Assembly (NCBI GenBank): GCA_951406725.2
Contig: OX597838.1
Coordinates: 8,060,001 to 8,124,000 of the forward strand
Length of the DNA stretch: 64,000 bases
From: Octopus vulgaris
Taxonomy: Eukaryota
Reading direction: 5' to 3'
Shown: piece after piece, positions 42,531 to 56,329 of the stretch
Layout of the letters: the number at the start of each line of letters is the position of its first letter
How positions within the stretch are numbered: the first letter of the stretch is position 1
The notes under the pieces: model-generated
Database searches by the model: none
What the model saw: the letters and a program-made list of their open reading frames with translations, nothing else
What the model was told of the DNA's origin: nothing
Position numbers and translations under genes: made by a program

Positions 42531-43425
42531 ATATATATATATTATAGTTTGAAATTTGATTTAGTACTACTAAATTGAATTTTTTCCTGTAAGTTTGGAA
42601 TTATATTCCCTAATATCACACACACACACACACACACACACCTATATATATATATATATATAAATATAAATATGTATGTATGGATGTATGCATGCATGTA
42701 TGTATGTATGTATTAGTACAACATGATATGTATAGCGTAATGAATGCCCAGAACAAAGGAGGGTGGAACAATCAAATGATATACGGCGCAACTTTGGCGA
42801 CCTCAGAAGCGCTTGATGGCTACTGAGCAAAGGTGCATGATGGCTACTGAACCAACTGAAACGATGAGCAAATAAACAACGATCGTAAAATGCGATTTAA
42901 CTGAGAAGAAATCAAGATGCGATTGCTCAATAGAAGAAAAGAGACGAAACGAGCATTAAGTTGGCTAAGAGAAAATAATATAGGGGGGGAAACAAAGTTA
43001 GTGTTAAACAATAATATTTGGATAAATAACAAACATCAACCAGTTAAAATAGAGAATAGACAACGAATTAACAAATGAAACGATGACGACATGATTATTA
43101 GAAATCAACAAAACAGAGAGACACCTATAGGCAAAAGAATGAATTCATCTTATATAGTTATATACGAAACCAACGCAAATATTAAGGAAAATAGTTACGT
43201 ATGAAACCAACGCAAATATTGAGGGGAAAAAATAAGCATTCTCGCCTGATGATCGCTTGGCCAGAAATTCAATAATTTTTCAGTTTCAATAAATATTTAT
43301 GCAGTACGCCTTGCATTAAGTGCTCTTCACTTCTTTCCTTAAGGATCTATAACACACATACAAACTCATACATACGCATAGATGGATGAAAGCATACATA
43401 TATATATGTGTGTGTGTGTGTGTGC

Positions 43426-43460
<35 letters not shown>

Positions 43461-43501
43461 TATTAGATATGGGGATTTATATACATATACACATATGCAT
43501 T

Positions 43502-43541
<40 letters not shown>

Positions 43542-43542
43542 C

Positions 43543-43594
<52 letters not shown>

Positions 43595-44054
43595 CATTTA
43601 AAACATGCTTTTCATTGAATTAATTTCTTATTTTTTCCCTTATTAACTCGCAGTTTCTCTTCGCGTTCCGATTCTTGTAGTCGTTAATCGGTTTTCATTA
43701 ACAGCAAAGCAAAACAGATGTGTTTTGTCAGCAAAAAAAAAAAAAAAAATTTAAAAAAAGGAAAAAAAAATATCCTCTCTTGATTTCCTTCACCCTGGAT
43801 TAACAAACACTTCGAAAATAAATTAGAAAAAACAGAACGCCATAAATGAAGAAGCAAATAAGATTTCTGAAAAATAAGACGAATCTCTTAACCATAAAAC
43901 TCTCCTCTCGGTTCATTAAAGCATTAATTCAAAGTTCTGTTTCGGCCTCTTACTATTTATTACTCCTCTTCAACAATCAGGAGAAAAACCAATATAGAAT
44001 AGCCCCTAGGTTACGTGGTTGGGTAGTTAGGTTTTCTTCATCGTCGTCGTGGCA

Positions 44055-44108
<54 letters not shown>

Positions 44109-44191
44109 TATTTATTTATTTATTTATATATTTATATATAGGCTATATTAAGTCTCTGAGCGAGAGGTAAACAGTAAGAGTACGGCATCGT

Positions 44192-44285
44192 ATCGTGAAA
44201 TATATTTGCCAACTAAATGTAGCGGTCCCAATAACATCGTCGTCCATGGGACCGCCATATTTAGTTGGCAAATATGTTTTACGAT
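44192..44285. repeat. 39-bp inverted repeat with 16-nt spacer
   Basis: 44192-44230 vs 44247-44285, 35/39 Watson-Crick. Confidence 0.92.
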
Positions 44286-44419
44286 GTGTATATATATATA
44301 TATACACACATAGTTATACATATACACCCATACAGGAAGAGATCGCCAGAGACACAGACAGACGCACAGAGAGACAAACAGATGGACAGACATGCAGATA
44401 GACAGGCATAAAGACACAC

Positions 44420-44551
<132 letters not shown>

Positions 44552-45080
44552 GGATAGACAGATAGTCACTCATATGCACACACACAATACCCCATCTCAT
44601 CCAAGCACACACATGCATACATATATATACACAGACAAACTCACATAAACACACACACACACACAAACATATATATATACTAAGAAAGAGCGAGAGAGAG
44701 AGACGGGGAAGAGAAAGGCTCAGGAAGATGAACAGCAAATGGAAGAGAACTGATTAAAGAAAGAAATAGGGAAAGAAAGATAAGCAATCATACATGCATA
44801 CATACATACATACATACACATCTTTGTCGTCTGCTTCGATCAATTTTACAGAATTACGCCATGATTTAAGCGGAGATTTTCTAAACATATGTATGTTTCG
44901 TCATCCGGTTGAATTCAAATAACATAAAGTAACAAGGAATAGAATAAAGAATACTTCGAACGAGTGTGATAACAAGGAAAATTAGTTATGTGCCGTTTCG
45001 TGTTACGTTACTTTTATGTTAAGTTAAATGAATCCTTAACATTAGCTGTCCTCCATGTTGAGACACATGCACGTATATGA

Positions 45081-45235
<155 letters not shown>

Positions 45236-45254
45236 AAACAGCAGAGAAAGAGAG

Positions 45255-45295
<41 letters not shown>

Positions 45296-45574
45296 TATAT
45301 ATATATGTGTGTGTGTGTGTGTGCGTACGTATTGTATATATATGTTCTTTATTCGGTTCTATCACTAGTAAACAGTGAATGAATAATATATTTAATCCAT
45401 CACTTCAGTGAGACGCCAACTACTTCAGATTCATCAAAAGACACACACACTTAAATATAAATAAATAGATAAATATGTATATATATAAATGTATATGTAT
45501 ATGTATATGTGTATATATATATAAGTATACATATACATATATATATTTACGCACACACATGCACATATCTATAC

Positions 45575-45608
<34 letters not shown>

Positions 45609-45658
45609 CGAGTGATAGACAGGGAAAGATAGAAATACATAGACAGACAGACAGATAA

Positions 45659-45721
<63 letters not shown>

Positions 45722-45780
45722 TAGACATTTTAAAGATAAGACCCTGGGAAACGTTAAAATACCGCACACTCACTGAGAAA

Positions 45781-45840
<60 letters not shown>

Positions 45841-46303
45841 GGCCACAACACACTCCGTAGCGCACAAACACATAAGCAGACACATATTAGTACAGATACG
45901 CTGAAGTATTGACACATTAGAAAACTCTCTCACACACACACACACACTGTCTCTAGGACATCCACATACACACTCACGCGTTAAGAACATTATTTTATAC
46001 GTCTGTCTTCCCACACACGCCGACACGAGCACCAACACATAGCCACATGCGCATACACTTATACACGCATACACTTATACATATACACACATACCATCAC
46101 ACTTACACACATAATCACACAGCCACACACACACACTCACAAATACTCACACACACACACAATGGCTGCGGCTATTAGGCCCGCCTCGAGTGAACAATTA
46201 AGGAAATCGTCGAAAAATAAGTGAGCGGAAAACTTAAAAATTACCAAAATCTGCAACCAGAGTCATGCAAGGGCGGGAAAGTGTAGGGGAGTTTTTCATT
46301 CAT

Positions 46304-46410
46304 CGCATACAGCCATACACACGCAAACACACACACACACACACACATGCATACGCACACATGCACGCACGCACAAACACGCACACTCATACACTATGCA
46401 TATACGTATA

Positions 46411-46473
<63 letters not shown>

Positions 46474-46991
46474 GAATGTATGTATGCATGTATGTATGTG
46501 TGTATGTATGTTTATATGTGTGACACACACATGATACAGGGATACATACGCTCAGGCACACTCATAGTCGCACACTAATTTCTTCACACACACACACACA
46601 CAAGCAAACAAATATATACATATATATATATATACATATATATATATACAAGGAGAGAGAGAGAGGAGTGAGAGACACAGTCACAGTGACACATCTACAC
46701 ATACACTCATACACACAAACACACACACATACGCTAATTCCCTCACTCTCTTCCTTACCCACTGCCTCTCTTCCTCTCCTTCCTCTCCCGCCGCCTTCCT
46801 CCCTTCAATAAACACACACAACTCAAGAGCGGCGATGTTCAATGCATCCACCACGCCGCCAATGGTGAATTAATAGAGCTGTTTTCCTATCTTCTTCAAT
46901 GAACTGTAATATGATGGACGCTCGCATACAGCCATACACACATGCACGCACGCACAAACACGCACACTCATACACTATGCATATACGTATA

Positions 46992-47057
<66 letters not shown>

Positions 47058-47507
47058 CATGAATGTATGTATGCATGTATGTATGTGTGTATGTATGTTT
47101 ATATGTGTGACACACACATGATACAGGGATACATACGCTCAGGCACACTCATAGTCGCACACTAATTTCTTCACACACACACACACAAGCAAACAAATAT
47201 ATACATATATATATATATACATATATATATATACAAGGAGAGAGAGAGAGGGAGTGAGAGACACAGTCACAGTGACACATCTACACATACACTCATACAC
47301 ACAAACACACACACATACGCTAATTCCCTCACTCTCTTCCTTACCCACTGCCTCTCTTCCTCTCCTTCCTCTCCCGCCGCCTTCCTCCCTTCAATAAACA
47401 CACACAACTCAAGAGCGGCGATGTTCAATGCATCCACCACGCCGCCAATGGTGAATTAATAGAGCTGTTTTCCTATCTTCTTCAATGAACTGTAATATGA
47501 TGGACGC
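46304..47507. repeat. Tandem duplication of a ~600-bp segment
   Basis: Units begin CGCATACAGCCATACAC (46304, 46923) and end ATGATGGACGC; differences almost only in microsatellite lengths. Confidence 0.93.
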
Positions 47508-47794
47508 CTCGGGCGAAATCAACAAAATTCGATCACTGCTATTTTTCCTGCGACCGAACTAAGCTGACAGAGGTTCCGGAGGTGGGGGGGAGGGGGCGAT
47601 GTGTGGTCGGGGTAGGTAGCAAACTTCAGTATTTTCTATGTGCGGGTATGTGCATACACACGCATACACTTGCATACAGACACACACACACATATATACA
47701 TAAACACCCACCCATCCGTCCACCCGCACACCCACCCACACACACATATGTTCATAAATACATACATACATTCATATATGTACGTATGCGTGTG

Positions 47795-47827
<33 letters not shown>

Positions 47828-48417
47828 GTATGTATTTGTGTGTGTGTGTAAATATACATGTATAAATGTATACGTCATCGCGTGCGATTGTCTCCGTGTG
47901 TTTGTATAAGTGTATTTGCACTGAATGGACAAGGACGCCATCTTTCACTATACGAGAAGAGATTTCATGTCGTTATGCCGGGACACCTCGCAAACCAAGT
48001 CGGTAGTGGAAGTTCGATTTTCAGTCCCGCCTCGTCCATTCACTTCTCGAATGTACAGTGTGCGACAGAAAAACCAGTTATGGAAACAATATCTGAAGAA
48101 TTGTGAACTTGGAAGGGGCTGTCTTTTCCCCTTCACGCTGTACAATTTCAAAGGTTAATTGAGAACTCCAGACCCACTTAACCTGTAAGAGAAATAACAT
48201 CCTTATCACTGATTTTGCCCTATGACACAATGCACGAGATGCTATATTTAAAAACGAACTCTCCCAGGATGACAGGATCTTTGGCCTTGACAAGAAACTC
48301 AGGTCCCAACCCCACTAGAAAAATCTAACTCAATTTACATTGCCATCGAAATTTCTATGCAGGTTTTAACAAAAGCATCGGTTACAAAGTCCTGTGTCAC
48401 ACGTCCAGTTGTGGCAT

Positions 48418-48642
48418 GGAAGCACTCCGTTGGTTACGACGATGAGGGTTCCGGTTGATCCGAATCAACGGAACAGCCTGCTCGTGAAATTAACGTGGTG
48501 CTCCAGTGGCTGAGCACTCAACACAGACACGTGTACCCTTAACGTAGTTCTCGTCTCTCCAACGCCTCACTCTGGGAATCGAAACCGCGATCCTATGACC
48601 GCGAGTCCGCTGCCCTAACCACTGGGCCATTGCGCCTCCACC
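48418..48642 (-). mobile_element. Family B SINE, internally deleted, with TSD
   Basis: Head and tail intact, centre absent; GTTGTGGCAT at 48408-48417 and 48643-48652. Confidence 0.9.
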
Positions 48643-49149
48643 GTTGTGGCATATGCACTTCGAACTGCTATCCTTCCCATTACCCAATATCATAGCGTTA
48701 TTTTCCCCATCAGCATCCCATCAAGTTACCTGACATATTTGTTCTCCTTTATTTTTCACTCATATTTCTCTCTTTCTCACCTATTACTCCAATATTTCTT
48801 CAAAGTCTACGTTTTCTTCTTTTTTCTCTTTCCTGCGTTGTTCCGGTGCATTAAAGTCTTGTATGGTTTTGCTTGGATTCTAATTTTGACGTAAAAACTC
48901 GTGTTTTTGTTCTTCTCTTTTTTTTTTGTCCTTCTTGCTAAGAAACCTTGTATTTTTTTCACGTTCTGTTTTTGTTCCCACTGTATCGATCCTTAACAAC
49001 TATATTGGTTTTTGGATCCACTGCATCGGAGCGATTATTGAAAACGCGGAGATCCTGAGAAAGACAGCTGACATAACATGTTTTCTCATCGGTTTTCCCA
49101 GCTATATATATATATATTTTCAAGGGAATATTTTTTACCAGTTGCTGGG

Positions 49150-49330
49150 AAAGACATCTAAGGACCAATGATGGAGTCGAGCAGCCAACGATGCTTATTT
49201 GAAGATACCATCGATGGCCTCACAGTAGCAACCAGCCAAGACCCATATGGAGGCAAAACATCACTAGAAGAATACGACAACATGGACTTGAATGAAGTTC
49301 AAGCCTAAGAAATCTAGAAAGACAAATTGA
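49150..49330 (+). mobile_element. HERO/R2-group LINE reverse transcriptase fragment
   Basis: DTIDGLTVAT (decayed FMDDLTVTT) followed by TWT*MKFKPKKSR (cf. WARMKFKPKKSR). Confidence 0.55.
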
Positions 49331-49515
49331 GAAACTGGATCAAGCTGCAAAGTGCAAGGAGATGTTATTTCATCGCGAGAAGAAGGTACGATCAAGACAT
49401 AGAAATGGGGTACGAAGCAAAGGGATTGCTTGAATATCCTTTTAAGGTGGTGCTCCAGCATGACAACAGCACCAGCGATCGAAACAAATGCAACAATAAA
49501 GCAGCAACACAGCAA

Positions 49516-49551
<36 letters not shown>

Positions 49552-49560
49552 TAGTAGTAA

Positions 49561-49595
<35 letters not shown>

Positions 49596-49689
49596 ATAGT
49601 GATGGTGGTGGTGGTATTTGTTGTAACAACAGCAGCACTAGTAGTAGTATCTATTTCTCTTCTCCATTTGTCTATCGATTTTCCTCTGT

Positions 49690-49827
49690 CTCTCCCCCTC
49701 ACTCTCTCCTCACTCTCTTCTCTCTCTCTCTCCCTATCTATCTCTCCTCTCTTCCCTCTCTCTATCATCTTTCTCTCCCCCTTCTCTCTCGCTCTCTCTC
49801 CCCGTCTCTTTACCTCCCTCCCTCCCT

Positions 49828-49878
<51 letters not shown>

Positions 49879-50256
49879 TTTGCTGGCTGGAAACTGGCCT
49901 AGGCTGGCTGGCCCTATATCATTGAACCAAGCTGATCTCTATTTCCCTCTCTGTCTCTACCTCTCTCTCCTATTTTTCTCCATCTCTCTCCTCACTCCCC
50001 CTCTCTCTCTCTCACCATATCTCTCCCCTTCTCTCTCTTCTCTCTCTCCCCGTCTCTTTACCCCCTCCCTCCCTCCATCGCTCTCTCTCCCTCTCTCTAT
50101 ATATATATATCTATATCACTGAACCAAGCTGATCTCTCTTTCTTTGTCTCTCCCTCTCTGTCTCTCCTCTCTCTCCCTCTCTCTCCTCTCTCCTCTACCT
50201 CTATCCCCCTCTCTCCCCATCTCTCTCCCCGTCTCTCTACCTCCCTCCCTCCCGAC

Positions 50257-50293
<37 letters not shown>

Positions 50294-50470
50294 CATCTAT
50301 ATCATTGAACCAAGCTGATCTCTATTTCCTTCTTTGTCTCTCCCTCTCTGTCTCTCCTCTCTCTCCTTCTCTCTCCTCTCTCCTCTATCTCTATCCCCTC
50401 TCTCCCCATCTCCCTCCCTCGCTCCCTCTATATATATACACATCTATATCATTGAACCAAGGCTGATCTC
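49690..50470. repeat. CT-rich minisatellite anchored by ATATCATTGAACCAAGCTGATCTC
   Basis: Anchor at ~49916, 50113, 50299, 50445; spacing ~197, 186, 146 bp. Confidence 0.88.
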
Positions 50471-50800
50471 GTTGACATGAAATCGTTCAGTCAGAAAATT
50501 GTATTCATCAGTTACAATATCGAAACTCATATTAAGGAGCAATTACGGAGGCAGATAGGCAATTATTACCCCGTTGAAGGGTGGTAATTGCTCTCTTTAG
50601 CTACAACTACATCTGCTAGCAATTTTCCCCCTCTTGTGGTTGTTGTTGTTGTTGTTGTTATCATTATTATTATTCATTCATGTTCCTTGTCGCCAACGCA
50701 GCTGAATAACTCGCCGCCTCTCTCCTCCCCTCCTCTTATTGTTTAAATATATATATATACATGCAAGCATACATACATATATATGTATATACATACACAC

Positions 50801-50838
<38 letters not shown>

Positions 50839-50870
50839 CTATATATATTCTATATATATATATACATACA

Positions 50871-50902
<32 letters not shown>

Positions 50903-50999
50903 CATATACTTATATATACAAACACAAACACATTGCATATATATATATACGCATGTATGTGTATATGTATAAATAAATATATGTGCATGTGTATATACA

Positions 51000-51058
<59 letters not shown>

Positions 51059-51105
51059 TCATAAGCGTGTGTGTGTGTGTAAATGCATGTTCATGCATGC
51101 ATATG

Positions 51106-51150
<45 letters not shown>

Positions 51151-51178
51151 CGTGTTTGTGTGTATGTGTATGTTTGTG

Positions 51179-51227
<49 letters not shown>

Positions 51228-51680
51228 CATGGTATGTATGTATACATTCGTACATATATTCATGAACATGCATATATATCCTTTTTGGTCTTACACCGTC
51301 TCATCACCCCCCCCCTCTTCTACTCTTCCCATCCTCCCCCTCTTCTCCTCTCCCCATCCGCCCCTCGAACTCTTTCATTCTCTCTCTTTCTCACTCATTC
51401 GATCAATCTCTCTCACTCTCCTTCTATCTATCTTTATTTCTGTCTAACTCCATCTCCATGAGTCAATGAGTCGGACCTTTTTTTTATCGAGTTATCCCAG
51501 AAGACTTGATGGCTTCCGAAACTGAGACAACCAGAAAGAACTCCTGCTGGGGAAGGGCACTGTTGATGCCGGGGCTCGATGGCGGTCGACCTTAAATAAC
51601 GTTGTTGACCAACCGACTGTGCCAAACCTTCGCCCAAGGTCCTGGGAACGACTGTTTACGCCGCTTAAATAAGTGCGAGG

Positions 51681-51722
<42 letters not shown>

Positions 51723-51883
51723 GCACACATACATACATACACGCGCGCTGGCACACTAACACACACATACACACGCACTAACATACACACACACATACAC
51801 ACGAAGAAACACGCACAGACACATACACAAAGATACACACATACTCGCACACACAAACACACATACATATATATGTATGTATG

Positions 51884-51971
<88 letters not shown>

Positions 51972-51994
51972 AATAGAGAGAGAGAGACGGACAC

Positions 51995-52295
51995 AGGCGT
52001 AGCTATGTGGTAAGAAGCTTGCTTCCCAACCACATGGTTTCGAGTTCCCTCCCACTGCGTGGGACCTTAGCCAAGTGTCTTCAGCTATAGCCTACTCTCT
52101 TCTACAGTTGTGAGTGTATTTGGTAGATGGAAACTGAAAGAAGCCCGTCTTATATGTGCGTCTGTTTTTTTTTTGTTTGTGTTTGTCTCCCACTAGTGCT
52201 TAAGAACCGGTGTTGGTGGGTTTACGTCCCCTTTACTTAGCGGTTTAGTGAAAGATACCAGGCTTAAGAAAAAAGTAAGGACGGGGATCGATTCG
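51995..52295 (+). mobile_element. Family A SINE, diverged, 3'-truncated
   Basis: AGGCGTAGCTATGTGGTAAGAAGCTTGCTTCCCAACCACATGG..GGAAACTGAAAGAAGCCCGTC. Confidence 0.82.
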
Positions 52296-52824
52296 TACAC
52301 TTTTACACTTTGTGTGCATCCCGGGGTAGCTTATGAAGTCAATTCTGGCGTAAAAGTTTTAGTTACAAAGGGGTCATGAAATAGCAGCATTAGGACCCGT
52401 TAGGAAGTTTAGCTTTCCGTAAAACCCTACTTTTTTTTAATTTCTCGGATCATTTCCGACTTTGCGCTTTGTACTTCAGAGTACACAGCGCTACGCAACA
52501 GTGGGCGATCTTAAGCAAAATGTTCCCAAAAGGACTGCTCTAAATTCCACAGTTTCCACGATCATCTTGGCCGTGTCTGTGTGACTCCTCTTTTGTACGC
52601 AACGTGATGGAGAGCTAACTGAGGGGTCACCGAAAAAGATCTGTTTCGAGTTTTCTTCACGGGAGCCGACACTGTCCATAAAATAAAATGAATTTCAACT
52701 GCAGCTCTGATGAAGATTATTTTAGCTTTTCGTATCTAATCCAAAGGGTTCCAAATGCTTTACTAACTCCGATTTCTGTATTACTGTTGCGTTTCAAGTT
52801 AATCTTCCGAGGTTCGTGTAGTTT

Positions 52825-53222
52825 CTCTTTTATCTCTTACTTGTTTCAGTCATTGGATTGTGGCCATGCTGGAGCACCGAATGAAAGAATTTTAGTCGAA
52901 CGAATAATTGCGGACAGGCTATCGTTCCTCTTGAACGATCTGAAGGGTAACCTATTTACGGTTGGGTGAACTGGAGCAACGCACCGCTTGTCTTGAGGTC
53001 GAAACCACGATCTCGTGATCGTGAGTGCAGAATCCTGGCCACTACATCACAGGCCTTCACTACGCATTTAATCTCTTCTAATCTAGACACAAGGCCTGAA
53101 ATTTTTAGGGGAGGGAGCCAGTCGATTAGATCGACACCAGTACGCAACTGGTGCTTAATTTATCGACACCGAAAGGATGAAAAGCAAAGTCGACCTCAGC
53201 GGAATTTGAACTCAGAACGTAT
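52825..53222 (-). mobile_element. Cluster of SINE fragments (A tail 52825-52905; tRNA-like head ~52980-53050; family D 53085-53222)
   Basis: CTTGTTTCAGTCATTGGATTGTGGCCATGCTGGAGCACCG; CCGAAAGGATGAAAAGCAAAGTCGACCTCAGCGGAATTTGAACTCAGAAC. Confidence 0.7.
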
Positions 53223-53244
53223 TTCTTATATATTCTTTTTTTTC

Positions 53245-53740
53245 ATTTACTTGTTTCAGTCATTAGACTGCGACCATGCTGGAGTTCCGCCTTGATGAAT
53301 TTTAGTTGTACGAATCGGCCCCAGGACTTATTTTAAAAACTAGTGCTTATTCTATCGGTCTTATTTGCAGAAGGCTAAGTTGCAGGGGCGTAAACAAACC
53401 AACAGAGTAGGGACAGTGACTGTGAATATTATCCAAGCATCTTGTTGCCGGTCTACCCCAAGGTCTTCTCTCGGTTAGTTCGGCTTCAAGAATCCGTCTT
53501 GCGATTCTTTCTTGCAACATTATAATCTCATGTCTGTTATACCGAAGTTGTGACATCTCAATGCTGAGACTTAGCGGATCGACCTGTAGAGACTCCCAGA
53601 TCTCCGTGCCCCCATCGACTATCGTTATTCCAGAGAGCCATCACAGGAAACCATCAGTCATTTGTACTCAGTTTTGATCGACCCGGAGCGAAACTAGAAG
53701 ATACTTTCCCAAGGTGCCACGCAGTGGGATTGAACCAAGG
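53245..53740 (-). mobile_element. Family A SINE interrupted by an RTE LINE fragment
   Basis: A tail 53245-53403; A head fragment 53670-53740 (CCCAAGGTGCCACGCAGTGGGATTGAACC). Confidence 0.7.
53410..53660 (-). mobile_element. RTE-clade LINE ORF C-terminal fragment
   Basis: SQLRYNRHEIIMLQERIARRILEAELTERRPWGRPATRCLDNI matches the LR..GH..RM..R..GRP..RW.D pattern. Confidence 0.75.
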
Positions 53741-53919
53741 ACTACGATTAACCTCTTCACTCTTTTCTCATTCTTATTTTTGCCCCGCTTTTTATCTTCA
53801 TAGGATGATTGTTGCAATATATTTCTCTCTTTCTCCCTCTTCGAAATCGATACCCGCTGACGCAATCACTGATTGGGAAACGTTGACCTTTCTGTAATTT
53901 TAATTTTTTTTCTTCTTAT

Positions 53920-54364
53920 CTTTCACCTTTTTCTTGGTGCAGTTATTGGACTCTGGCCATACTGGGGCACCGCCTTGAAGTGGGATTTTCTTGCTGAGTA
54001 AATTGACCCCAATGCTTATCTTTTTATGTTTCATACTTATTCTATAGGATATATTCTGCCGAACCGATAAGTGACGGGGACGTAAACACACCAGCATCGG
54101 TTGTCAAGCAATGCTAGGGGGACAAACACAGACACACAAACACACACACACACACACACACATACACACACATTTATATATATATATATATATATATATA
54201 CCACAGGCTTCTTTCAGTTTCCGTCTACCAAATCCACTCACAAGGCTTTGGTCGGCCCGAGGCTATAGTAGAAGACACTTGCCCAAGGTGCCACGCAGTG
54301 GTACTGAACCCGGAACCATGTGGTTGGTAAACAAGCTACTTACCACACAGCCACTCCTGCACCT
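53920..54364 (-). mobile_element. tRNA-derived SINE, family A
   Basis: 54058-54364 near consensus; 53920-54057 much more diverged. Confidence 0.9.
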
Positions 54365-54851
54365 ACGGACTTTTTTTTTTATAGATAAGGAGTTATCTCC
54401 CTTGTCGGACATTATTAACAGTGCATAACAAGAACTGGGGGATGCAAATGGCGGTCTGCTGAAATTCGTCGGGGTAGCAATCTCTGCTGTGAGCTCCCGT
54501 GTGGTACAAGAGAACTCTAACATCAATACGCGACGTTCATTGTGAAATCCCTTCATCTACGAAAGACTAAACCCGGATAGCAGTCTAGTATGTCGTTATT
54601 CTTTGAAGTTAATCCGCTCCTAAAAACCAAGAAGCCATTCCAGTATTAATCGGCAGATAATCGCCTTCAGTCAGCATCTAGTTCTTCCTCGTATTTCTCT
54701 CTTTTACTTGTTTCAGTCATTTGACTGCGGCCGTGCTGGAGCACCGCCTTTAATGATTAGAAAACAGTAGTGATTGAAATGTCATGTACACACTCACACA
54801 CACACGTGTGTGTGTGTGTGTTTGTTCATATGTGGGCATATATGTGTGTAT

Positions 54852-55255
54852 ACTCTTTTACTTGTTTCAGTCATTTGACTGCGGCCATGCTGGAGCACCG
54901 CCTTTAGTCGAGCAACTCGACCCCGGGACTTATTCTTTGTAAGCCCGGTACTTATTCTATCGGTCTCTTTTTGCCGAACCGCTAAGTAACGGGGACATAA
55001 ACACACCAGCATCGGTTGTCAAGCAATGCTAGGATGACAAACACAGACACACAAACACACACACATACATACATATATATATACATATATACGACGGGCT
55101 TCTTTCAGTTTCCGCCTACCAAATCCACTCACAAGGCTTTGGTTGGCCCGAGGCTATAGTAGAAGGCACTTGCCCAAGGTGCTACGCAGTCGGACTGAAC
55201 CTGGAACCATGTGGTTGGTAAACAAGCTACTTACCACACAGCTACTCCTGCACCT
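54852..55255 (-). mobile_element. tRNA-derived SINE, family A, full length (extra tail stub at 54697-54751)
   Basis: Colinear with 9044-9475. Confidence 0.93.
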
Positions 55256-55540
55256 ATCTTTGTTTTTCTTTATCGATCTCCAGGGAAAGCTTGCTATGCA
55301 ACAAGTATGAATTTGTCGATTACCAGATCGATAAATGTTACGACATAATTTTCTTTTCATATTCGTACAAGTCTTTCCACCACTTGACTCCGTCAATTCA
55401 TTTGTGCACCATTCTTGCTGATATCGTCTCCTACCTGCCAGGGGTTTCTTTTAATGACAGTAAATTAATACAAGCAACTGTTCTGTTGTCATACAAAGAA
55501 AACAAGCAAATGCTAAATAACAAACATACACCAGCCTATC

Positions 55541-55658
55541 ATTTGTTCTCATCTTGTTTGTTGTTAACACAACTTTTCGGCTGATATACCCTCCAGCCTT
55601 CATCAGGTGTCTTGGGGAAATTTTGAACCTGGGTTCTCATTCCTAAGGTATTTTTCTA

Positions 55659-55728
<70 letters not shown>

Positions 55729-55733
55729 CATCA

Positions 55734-55820
<87 letters not shown>

Positions 55821-55856
55821 CCACTGCCTGGAATCGAAATCGGAATCTTGGGGTTA
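55541..55856 (-). mobile_element. SINE-like family F, second copy (A box lost)
   Basis: Reverse complement TAACCCCAAGATTCCGATTTCGATTCCAGGCAGTGGCCTG-(AAT)n-GAAAAATACCTTAGGAATGAGAACCCAGGTTC..ACACCTGATGAAGGCTG..CAGCCGAAA. Confidence 0.82.
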
Positions 55857-55965
55857 TCATTGATACTGGCACTGTGAGGGGTCCACGCCCAAAATACTTA
55901 TCATGCATTTTAAGCAGTCGACTTAGTCCAATGTGGTTATCATGATGAAGGAAGGAAATTTCCTT

Positions 55966-56270
55966 GGGGAGACGTGGTCCACTGGTTAGGGTATCGCTCT
56001 CACGTTTGCATGACCGTGGGTTCGATTCTTTCACCAGGTTGTACGTTGTATTCTTGAACCAAATACTTCATTTATCTTGCTCTACCATCATTTGTGCCAC
56101 CACCTGGCGTGTGGCACACTTGTTCACCTATACATGCAACGTCGGTTTGGTGGAGCGGGCGGTGAGCTTAATGTACGGCACAAAGTGTTGACACTATAAA
56201 CAAGGCATCTGTGCAGGTTGTTCGGCAAGAAATTGTGGAATCCCCTTTCTTGAACTCGAGAGACAACAAG
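55966..56270 (+). mobile_element. Old tRNA-derived SINE (CORE-like)
   Basis: A-box-like TGGTCCACTGG, B box GGTTCGATTC, then GTTGTATTCTTGAACCAAATACTTCATTT. Confidence 0.55.
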
Positions 56271-56329
56271 CGGCCCCAGTCTTATATTGCGCATTTCAGC
56301 ATTTATATGTTTAAAGTGACCATCAAGCA

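Noticed and set aside
49910-50470. CRISPR-like repeat-spacer array
   Set aside because: Eukaryotic context; spacers are long, low-complexity and mutually similar; no cas genes.
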